Both the position numbers and the translations under genes were made by a program. The notes below the pieces were generated by a model. That model saw only the letters and a program-made list of their open reading frames with translations. It did not search any database and had not been told where the DNA came from. Shown here one piece after another: positions 37,445 to 45,575 of a stretch of 64,000 nt of DNA; position 1 is the first letter of the stretch; every line of letters starts with the position of its first letter. Source of the DNA: a virus (lineage: Duplodnaviria > Caudoviricetes). Location: the IMG/VR virus record IMGVR_UViG_3300005512_000003; one strand, written 5' to 3'.

Positions 37445-38934
37445 TGTACCTTTCTCCTCTTCAAAATGAACTACACTCTCAAACAACTTCAAAAACTTGT
37501 CAACAACATGGTTAAGATTCAAGGTGAAAATGCACCTTGTGCGGCATGGATTTACACTGCCGAGGATTGTATGATTCGTGATGAAAATGACGAACCGACT
37601 TATCCTTGTGACAAACATCCTGAACTCGCTGAAAGAATCTTCAATGATGTTGGCAACATTGATTACATCTATCAAGTGATTCAGGAGTGCGTAGATGAAG
37701 TTACGGAAGAACAGTTTATGTCACTTCAGCAAGAATTAGTCTGAGTTATTATGTCTTTCGTGTCCAACTTTTCTTCTTCAAGTGTTATGAACCAAGACCA
37801 ACTTGATCAGGTAAAAGAAAACTATGCCAACCTAATCGTGGATGGTATGGATATGAAAACTCTTTGCACATTTGCTATTGATACTATCATGCACAACATG
37901 GAATCGTGGGATGAGCAAGATTTAAAGGAAGAAGTTTTGGACCTTTATGATCAAGAAATCTGGGACGATTTGATCGCTTAAGTGATACCGCGAAGCGGCC
38001 GCCCGACCAGTTGGATAAGTGGCACACAAAATGGGCACTGCCCCCAAAATCTGGTAATTTAGATTCATGGAAAACAACGCAACCGACATGACCATCACTC
38101 CCGCATTCACTGATGCAATCGAATCGATGCAATCGTTCTTTTATGAGATGAACCCTGACATCGACATGTGCTACGATTGGGTGTGTGAAATGGCACAAGT
38201 TTCCACCTTCGTTCACAACAACGATGCGTGGGATATGTTCTACGATGCATGGGAAACTGTCTCTGCCTGATTAACAACAACTCTTTCGCCCTTAACTAAC
38301 AACAACATGCAAGAGACTAAGTTTATTCTTCACGGACAATTCCACCGCGCTAATGGTTGGATTATGAATGACAGTTTGGGTTACATCAAAGCAACAAAAG
38401 AGGAAGCGATTGAAACATGTAACCGCCTCAATCCTAACTTTGTGATTCAATCTATCACTATCGAAGAATGATGTACACTGACCCCTGCACTTTCGCTCTT
38501 CAAACTGACAACAACATTATGCAAAACGTTTACACTGATTACATCGAAAGCAAAGGTTACACCGTGAAAGAGTGTTACCGTCCCGCTAAAAAAGAGGTTC
38601 CTGCTTCACTTCGTGATCGCTATTCTTCCTATGAAGAGTATCAGGAAGCAATGGCAGATTTCCTTAACGGAATGTGATTTTTTCCCTCTAATCGTCCCTT
38701 CGTTATTCACAACATGTTTGATGAACTTTGGTCTGAGATTAATGACATGCCAGGTGAAATCTTCGATATTCCTGAGATGAAAGATCTGCAGGAAGATGAT
38801 AACAAATCCCTGGAAGATTTCCTGAAAAGTAACAACGACTTCTAAGGGGTGGACAATCGGAGAGGTGGCACACACTTTCCCACAAGCGCCCCAAAATCCT
38901 GTAATTTAAAAGAGTCAAACAAATCACTTCACAC

Positions 38935-39369
38935 ATGCCCATCACTTTGACCGCTAACTACAAAGAAACCCTCTCTGCAGTTACTGTCGAAAAGATCGAA
39001 GAATTCCTGGAAGATTGTTATGATCTTCCTGCAATCCTTGAGTTCATTGATGAGAACTCCGAAGAGGATTTCGTTAACTACTACGAAGAATATGTTCGTT
39101 GTGGTGAACAGATTGGTTATGAGGCAGTTGATGCTTTGATCGAAGAATCGGGCATTGATGCTATCAATGAGTGTGACGAACGTTATCAGGGTCACTATCA
39201 ATCAACCGCTGATTTTGCAGAGGAGTTCTTTACAGAAATGGGTGAGCATATTCCCGATGCAATTGTTGTAGATTGGGAGGCAACTTGGGATCGTAATCTT
39301 TACTATGATTTCACCGCATGTAACGATGGTTCCGTATACTGCCCCATCCACATCTTTCGTGATCACTGA
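38935..39369 (+). CDS. ardA: ArdA-like antirestriction DNA-mimic protein
   Basis: Very acidic; YQGHYQSTADFAEEF...IPD...VDWEATW.R.L.YDF resembles the ArdA C-terminal domain. Own early promoter at 38850-38907. Confidence 0.65.
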   Translation: MPITLTANYKETLSAVTVEKIEEFLEDCYDLPAILEFIDENSEEDFVNYYEEYVRCGEQIGYEAVDALIEESGIDAINECDERYQGHYQSTADFAEEFFTEMGEHIPDAIVVDWEATWDRNLYYDFTACNDGSVYCPIHIFRDH

Positions 39370-39424
39370 TAACATGGGGGACTCATCTCCCCCCTTTTTA
39401 TTGACCCTTCCTCATCACAATCTC

Positions 39425-39973
39425 ATGGCGCATTACAACAAGTTCAAAGGCGGAATTCAGAAGGGCACTGTTGCTTTCGATGAGCAATCGAAGGCAATGG
39501 ATGATAACGCTAAGTCTGCAATGAACCTTGCATTCGTGTTACTTTCTGCCAAATATCCGATGCTCTCCGTTGAGAAAAAACTGCAGCAATCTGACATCCC
39601 TGGGGGTATTGGTTCGTGTGCTCCTGACGGTGGAGTTTGGTATTACGACGGCGAACTGATTGCATGTTTTGAGAGTAAGAAACAAGGTGATAAAGGCAAC
39701 GCTATCGAACGTTGGTTTAAAAACAATTTCATTGTTCGTGCTATCAATCCCGAAGCAACTTATGTCACGTTTGCATCAGGTGCTGGCGTGATTGCAGGTA
39801 ATCCGATTCATCGTATCCTGCACATTGCACACTGTGGAGAGTATGGAACGATGAACGAAGTTGCCGCTGGCGTTAACAATCTCCACTGTAAGATTGAAGG
39901 GTTTACAGTAGAAGAAATGGTTGCTATTATGGTGGAGACCGTTGATACTATTATGGCAGAGATTTACCCCTGA
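39425..39973 (+). CDS. EcoRI-family PD-(D/E)XK restriction endonuclease-like protein
   Basis: PDGG...ESKKQG...GNAIERWFKN...YVTF, co-linear with EcoRI PDGG/EAKHQG/GNAIERSHKN/YVLF. Confidence 0.75.
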   Translation: MAHYNKFKGGIQKGTVAFDEQSKAMDDNAKSAMNLAFVLLSAKYPMLSVEKKLQQSDIPGGIGSCAPDGGVWYYDGELIACFESKKQGDKGNAIERWFKNNFIVRAINPEATYVTFASGAGVIAGNPIHRILHIAHCGEYGTMNEVAAGVNNLHCKIEGFTVEEMVAIMVETVDTIMAEIYP

Positions 39974-39975
39974 GA

Positions 39976-40110
39976 GTAACACCGAAGGCACGAATATTCG
40001 TTAACCACGGATATTCGTGTTTGGACAGTATTAGGGGGTTTATGTGTTACGCCGTGGGCGGCGTTGCGGTTATAAAAATCGCTAACTACCCTAACCTACA
40101 CTGTATGTCT
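39976..40110 (+). ncRNA. Putative structured non-coding element
   Basis: 14-bp hairpin 39988-40020, two short hairpins, and long-range pairs 39976-82/40044-50 and 40031-36/40089-94. Confidence 0.4.
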
Positions 40111-40151
40111 TTTTCGAGCTCTATTTCACGATCATAAAAAAATTTTCTGGT

Positions 40152-40754
40152 ATGAAAATTCTACCCACAAGGTTTCCACGTTATTCAGTGTCTGATACTG
40201 GACAAGTCTTTAGGGACGGCAAGCCCTTGAAGAGTCATAACAGGGGAGTGTCTACGAGTAATGGCACAAGGTATCAGGCAGTGAATATATCAATCTATGA
40301 TGATAGCGGAAAGTTTGCGAGGCAAATAAAGTATTATGTGCATCGCTTGGTTGCCGAGACATTCATAGAAAACCCAGAGAATCTATCAGAGATTGATCAC
40401 ATCGATGAGAATAAAGAGAACAATAATGTAAGTAATCTCCGATGGTATTCAAGAGCGGCAAACGCTGCTCGGAATGGTTTCCCTGAAGGAACGATTATAG
40501 AAAGGAAGAAGAGTGAGAAATCAAGGAATCCCTCAAAGTACATCAAGAAAGATGGGGAGTGGGTTTTGATTCCGAGTGAGAGATCGCCGTGGAACAAAGG
40601 ATTAAAAGGATCATCATGGAATACTGGAATGAAATCTGGAGAACCCGATGGGACGATCCGAAAGAGGGCGAATGGTCATTATTACATCAAAGAGGAGGGT
40701 AAATGGAATCACGTTAAGAAGAAAGATTATGGAAAATATGGACTCATTCCATAG
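40152..40754 (+). CDS. HNH homing endonuclease
   Basis: YSVSDTG.V; YYVHRLVAETFIENP...IDHIDENKENNNVSNLRW; PWNKG and PEGTI/PDGTI repeats. Confidence 0.85.
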   Translation: MKILPTRFPRYSVSDTGQVFRDGKPLKSHNRGVSTSNGTRYQAVNISIYDDSGKFARQIKYYVHRLVAETFIENPENLSEIDHIDENKENNNVSNLRWYSRAANAARNGFPEGTIIERKKSEKSRNPSKYIKKDGEWVLIPSERSPWNKGLKGSSWNTGMKSGEPDGTIRKRANGHYYIKEEGKWNHVKKKDYGKYGLIP

Positions 40755-41063
40755 AAAAAAATCGCCCAGAAAATTTTGACCCCAAAAGAGTTTATACATA
40801 AAGTAACCGAGAGAGGTCACCGTGGAGCACACAGTGTATCATGTCTACGGAAGAAAGAGGAACCAGTATGGTTCCTCAGAAGTCATTGCTCATAGTTTGT
40901 CAGATGATGAGTTACGTGAAAGGATTCTGAAAAAAGAAGTTCAGTTAGATATTCACGAGATTCTCCCAGTTACGACAGGGATTGCGCGGGGAACCGAACA
41001 ATCTTATTAACTTGACAGTGACTACATAAGTACGTTAAACTTGAACTGAAGTCAATCACAGTT

Positions 41064-41858
41064 ATGGCAAAAGGATTTAAAGTAAAGACTGCGACTGCAC
41101 CGCAGCAACAGGGTCCTGAATGGGACTACACAGCAATCAAAGAGCGTATGAGGGGCAAGAGCATTGTGTTCTGTCTTCCTGGTCGAGGATGCTCATATAT
41201 TTTTCTGAAGAACTTTGTACAGCTGTGCTTTGATATGGTACAGAACGGTATGAGTATTCAGATCAGTCAAGACTATTCATCGATGGTGAACTTTGCACGT
41301 TGTAAGTGTTTGGGTGCGAATGTTCTTCGTGGTCCCAACCAGATTCCCTGGGATGGTAAGTTGAAGTATGATTATCAGTTGTGGATTGATAATGATATTG
41401 TTTTCAACACTGAGAAGTTCTGGCAACTGTGTGATCTCGCAGTACCTGGACCTGACAAAGACGGCAATCCTCAAGAAGAGCGAGAGATCGCAGCAGGTTG
41501 GTATGCCACCGAGGACGGTCATACGACCAGCGTTGCTCACTGGTTGGATGAGGAAGACTTCCGTAAGAACGGTGGTGTGATGAATCACGAGACCTGTGAG
41601 ACCATGCAGAAGCGTCGTAAGCCGTTCACTGTAGACTACACTGGTTTTGGATGGGTCCTGATCAAGAACGGTGTCTTTGAGAATCCTGAGATGACTTATC
41701 CTTGGTTCGCTCCTCAGATGCAAACCTTTGAAGATGGTAAGGTTCAGGATATGTGTGGAGAGGACGTATCGTTCTGTCTGGATGCAAAGGCAGCAGGTAT
41801 TGTGACCTGGTGTGATCCTCGTATTCGCGTGGGTCACGAAAAGACTCGTGTGATCTGA
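41064..41858 (+). CDS. GT-A fold glycosyltransferase-like protein
   Basis: YDYQLWIDNDIVF (DxD), TGFGWVLIK..VF, GEDVSFC, VGHEK. TTGACA-18-TAAACT promoter at 41012-41041. Confidence 0.7.
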   Translation: MAKGFKVKTATAPQQQGPEWDYTAIKERMRGKSIVFCLPGRGCSYIFLKNFVQLCFDMVQNGMSIQISQDYSSMVNFARCKCLGANVLRGPNQIPWDGKLKYDYQLWIDNDIVFNTEKFWQLCDLAVPGPDKDGNPQEEREIAAGWYATEDGHTTSVAHWLDEEDFRKNGGVMNHETCETMQKRRKPFTVDYTGFGWVLIKNGVFENPEMTYPWFAPQMQTFEDGKVQDMCGEDVSFCLDAKAAGIVTWCDPRIRVGHEKTRVI

Positions 41859-41878
41859 GTCGGAGACAGAGCGTAGCG

Positions 41879-42037
41879 ATGTCTGAATCCCATGTTGTTT
41901 GTGGGAAATGTGGTGGCAAGGGTTGTGACTTTTGCCACCAGGGTTGGGAATGTGATGGTCCCAACTGTAAAAAATGTAAAATCTTCGGAGAACTAAAGTA
42001 TGGCAAAGAGATCATTGAGCGGCGGAACTCACATTGA
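41879..42037 (+). CDS. Cys-rich putative zinc-binding peptide (52 aa)
   Basis: CGKCGGKGCDFC...C...C..C; GGAG upstream. Confidence 0.5.
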   Translation: MSESHVVCGKCGGKGCDFCHQGWECDGPNCKKCKIFGELKYGKEIIERRNSH

Positions 42038-42140
42038 GTCGAAACCCAAAAAATCTCGTCAGGGGTCAGGACAACATACGAAGTATGCCGCGACTTCTCG
42101 GAATTCTGCTCGTAAAAGGTATCGTGGTCAAGGGCGTTAA
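42000..42140 (+). CDS. Small basic peptide (46 aa)
   Basis: MAKRSLSGG...PKKSRQG.G..TKY..TSRN..RKRYRGQGR. Confidence 0.65.
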   Translation: MAKRSLSGGTHIESKPKKSRQGSGQHTKYAATSRNSARKRYRGQGR

Positions 42141-42165
42141 ATAGATAAAGAAATGCGTATCTATC

Positions 42166-42882
42166 ATGCCTTGTTTGATTGCGAACTTACCTTCACAGGA
42201 AGTATGGGTTAGAAAAGAATATCTTACTGATCATCAAAGTGGATGGGGTGAGTTTGTAAAGGGCGTCTGGGTGTCGTGTAAATCGATACCTGGGCGTGCT
42301 TTTTATTTTGAGACATACTTACCAGAGTATGCTGCAATGTATGATAAGTTACCGATTAGTGCCTTTGTAAGTAAACCAAAGACACCTGATCCTGATATGA
42401 ATCTTCCAAATCTACAGTTTTGGAACTGTATGGACTATGGAGTAGTAACGATTGACAAGAAATTCATTGGTTCAATGGATTATGAGTGCTATACTCGTGA
42501 TTTTGGCATTCAAAAGGGTACTTATGTGTGTACTATTGACAACTATCATCAAGATCCTGATGGAGTTGACTGGGCAACAAGTGAAAATCCAGCAGAACAC
42601 AAGTCTCATAACCTAATTGAGCTGGATAATGGGCAGTACGCACTATATCCAAACAACAGATTGCGTATTTTTGACAATAGTTTGACTCCTGTTGAACCAA
42701 AAATGCCTGATTTTAAGGTTTCGACCGAGTGGTATCAGGTTGAAAACGGTTTTGACCGCCTTGGAATGGGTCGTGAGGATGAATATTTTTGGAAAACTGC
42801 AAAAGAACGGGATAGCAACCCCGAAAAAAGTTCTGATTTACCCGAATCAGAGGAAAACAGCAATGGAGAACTCCACTACTGA
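42166..42882 (+). CDS. Conserved hypothetical cyanophage protein
   Basis: 238-aa ORF after TAAATA at 42138; EHKSH...YPNNR. Confidence 0.7.
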   Translation: MPCLIANLPSQEVWVRKEYLTDHQSGWGEFVKGVWVSCKSIPGRAFYFETYLPEYAAMYDKLPISAFVSKPKTPDPDMNLPNLQFWNCMDYGVVTIDKKFIGSMDYECYTRDFGIQKGTYVCTIDNYHQDPDGVDWATSENPAEHKSHNLIELDNGQYALYPNNRLRIFDNSLTPVEPKMPDFKVSTEWYQVENGFDRLGMGREDEYFWKTAKERDSNPEKSSDLPESEENSNGELHY

Positions 42883-43023
42883 TAAAAAACCAGAGAATAA
42901 GGTACAAAAAACCGAAAAAAAGTACGAAATTCCTGAAGATAGACTCTCTCGTCCTTGTGGAGGAGCAGGTGGGTTTGATGATTATGTAGAGCGTTGGCAC
43001 TAAAACACTAAAAGGAGGCAAAA

Positions 43024-43209
43024 ATGGGACATCCAAAGCATCTAGACGGTTCAGTTGACAAAGGAAATGACTTTATTGAGTCTGGAATGACTCTTATCAC
43101 TGAAGTTGAGAGTGAAAAATACTTGAAAATGGCAGAAAACCGCAAAAAAGCGAAAAAACAACAAACTGACGAAGGATTCTTTGATACTACAGAGACTTTC
43201 ATCGACTAA
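43024..43209 (+). CDS. Hypothetical protein
   Basis: Strong AGGAGG RBS upstream. Confidence 0.65.
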   Translation: MGHPKHLDGSVDKGNDFIESGMTLITEVESEKYLKMAENRKKAKKQQTDEGFFDTTETFID

Positions 43210-43259
43210 ACCTTAAAAAACCGCGTCTAAATAAGACAGAATCATAGTATTTTGTCTCA

Positions 43260-43661
43260 ATGCCTCTAGAGGGAGTCAGTCGCGGTTTTAAAGACATTAG
43301 TTTTTCGTTTGGAAAGCATCCAATCAGCAATGATTTGGTTACATTATCAAATGAAAGTGCAATATCTCGTGCTGTTCGCAATTTAGTGCTGACGAAGATC
43401 GCTGAGAGACCCTTTAATAGAGATCTTGGTACAAAAGTAAAGGATGCACTGTTTGAAAACTTTGATGCGATCACCGCTAACATCATTGAGGATGAAATTC
43501 GTTTCATATTGAATCGTTATGAGGAACGAATCACTCTCAGAGAGGTTAGTGTTCAACATGACAATGATTCAAGTATCGTTGAGTGTAAAATACAATACGA
43601 AATCGTAGGTAGACCAGAAACACTTCAGGAACTCACATTTGCATTAGAGTCGGTTCGATAA
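43260..43661 (+). CDS. gp25: Baseplate wedge subunit gp25
   Basis: FKDIS.SF..HP; AI..AVRNLVLT...ERPF; YE.RI. Confidence 0.9.
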   Translation: MPLEGVSRGFKDISFSFGKHPISNDLVTLSNESAISRAVRNLVLTKIAERPFNRDLGTKVKDALFENFDAITANIIEDEIRFILNRYEERITLREVSVQHDNDSSIVECKIQYEIVGRPETLQELTFALESVR

Positions 43662-45569
43662 ATGGCACTAGTAAACTTTACAAATCTGGATTTTGACCAG
43701 ATAAAAACACAAATCAAAGATTATTTGAGATCAAACTCAAATTTTACTGATTTTGACTATGAGGGATCTAACTTATCGATCCTGATTGATACTCTTGCTT
43801 ATAATACTTACATTAGTGCTTACAATGCTAACATGGTTAGCAATGAAGTGTTTATTGATAGCGCGACATTAAGAGAAAACGTTGTTGCTCTTGCACGAAA
43901 CATTGGATATGTTCCCAGATCAGAGACTGGAGCAAAAGCAAGGATTACCTTTACTCTAAGCACTGCAAATCTATCGACAAACCCTGTACAGATCACTCTT
44001 AAGAGGGGCGTAGTTGCCACTACAAGGGCACTTAACCAGATTTCCTATACATATACTATCCCAGCAGACATTACGGTCCCTGTAGAGGGTGATCTTGCCA
44101 CATTTACGAATATTGAGATTTTTGAGGGTACTTACTTAACGCAGACTTATACAGTAAGTGCATCAAACCCAAATCAACGATTTATTCTTGATAACTCAAA
44201 TATTGATACTTCTTCTATTCGCGTATCCGTCGATGAAGATGGAACAGGACCACTTCAAGCAGTAACATATACTTTAGCAAATAGTCTCTCTGATGTAACT
44301 GATAAATCAAGAGTCTTCTTTATCCAAGAAATCGAAGATGAGCGTTATGAACTGATTTTTGGTGATGGTGTCTTTGGCAGAAAGTTAGAAGCACCTGCTA
44401 CTATTACGGTTAACTATAATATAACTCATGGAGAATCTGCTAATGGAGCATCTTCATTTAAGTTTAGTGGTAGATTGGTAGATAATGACGGAAATGTTGT
44501 TAATGCAGCAACATCTCTGATTAAAACTGAGCAGGAAGCAATAGGTGGTTCTAGTATTGAATCGATTGCTTCGATTAAAAAGTATGCACCGAAGATTTAC
44601 TCTTCTCAGAACCGTGCAGTGACTGCAAATGATTATGAGGCACTTATTCCTCAGATCTATCCAGAAGCTGAATCTGTATCTGTCTTTGGAGGTGAGGAAC
44701 TTACCCCACCAAAGTATGGAAAGGTCTTCATTACCATCAAACCATCTTTTGGTCCATTTGTTCCAGAAGGAGTCAAGCAGAATCTCAGAAAAGAGTTAAG
44801 AAAATACAGTGTTGCTGGTATTGTTCCAGAAATCACTGATCTTAAGTATCTGTATTTGGAGTTAGACACTTCTGTCTACTATAATCCAAATCAGGCACCA
44901 AGTGCCAACTATGTTCTCGCTATTGTCAAAGAAAATATCCAAGCATATGCGGATTCTACTGAATTAAATAGATATGGAGCAAGACTGAAATATAGTAAGT
45001 TAGGTGGATTGATTGACAACTCTCATGAGTCGATTACATCAAATATTTCTACCATTGAAATGCGTAGAGATCTTCGTGCAAGACTCAATGAGTCCTCTGA
45101 ATATGAAATTTGTTATGGTAACCCAATCAGAGTAAATAGAAAAACAGGATATAATATTCGTTCCTCTGGATTCCACGTTGCAGGCATTAGTGATACTGTA
45201 TATTTGTCTGACATCCCAAATGCAGACGAAAAGACAGGAACTATATTCTTCTTTAGATTACTTGCGGATGATCAAGTCAAAATCGTAAGAAAATCTGCTG
45301 GTATTATTGATTATGTAAAAGGTGAGGTTCTTTTGAACCCAGTAAATATAGTAGGTACTTCTGTGCTGAGAGGCGCAGAACTCATAGAAATCTCTGCACC
45401 ACCAGTCTCTAATGACGTTATTGGTCTGCAAGATCTCTATCTGCAACTTGATATAACTAATACATCAGTTGATATGGTTTCTGATGAGATTTCATCTGGA
45501 ACTCATCCTGCAGGATCAAATTATGTCATAACCCCAAGCTACTCCACTAGAGGCTTAGTTAGAAAGTAG
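43662..45569 (+). CDS. gp6: Baseplate wedge subunit gp6
   Basis: LDFDQIK...FTDFDYEGS; F.DSATLRENVV; ESI.SIK..AP; QNRAVT..DY. Confidence 0.92.
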   Translation: MALVNFTNLDFDQIKTQIKDYLRSNSNFTDFDYEGSNLSILIDTLAYNTYISAYNANMVSNEVFIDSATLRENVVALARNIGYVPRSETGAKARITFTLSTANLSTNPVQITLKRGVVATTRALNQISYTYTIPADITVPVEGDLATFTNIEIFEGTYLTQTYTVSASNPNQRFILDNSNIDTSSIRVSVDEDGTGPLQAVTYTLANSLSDVTDKSRVFFIQEIEDERYELIFGDGVFGRKLEAPATITVNYNITHGESANGASSFKFSGRLVDNDGNVVNAATSLIKTEQEAIGGSSIESIASIKKYAPKIYSSQNRAVTANDYEALIPQIYPEAESVSVFGGEELTPPKYGKVFITIKPSFGPFVPEGVKQNLRKELRKYSVAGIVPEITDLKYLYLELDTSVYYNPNQAPSANYVLAIVKENIQAYADSTELNRYGARLKYSKLGGLIDNSHESITSNISTIEMRRDLRARLNESSEYEICYGNPIRVNRKTGYNIRSSGFHVAGISDTVYLSDIPNADEKTGTIFFFRLLADDQVKIVRKSAGIIDYVKGEVLLNPVNIVGTSVLRGAELIEISAPPVSNDVIGLQDLYLQLDITNTSVDMVSDEISSGTHPAGSNYVITPSYSTRGLVRK

Positions 45570-45575
45570 AATACG

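Larger units (their letters stand above)
35896..38845 (+). other. Cluster of small, mostly acidic early ORFs in promoter-bounded modules (35896, 36162, 36455, 36799, 37066, 37466, 37751, 38067, 38468, 38714)
   Basis: ORF track plus manual reading; early boxes at 36083, 36372, 36984, 38004. Confidence 0.65.
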
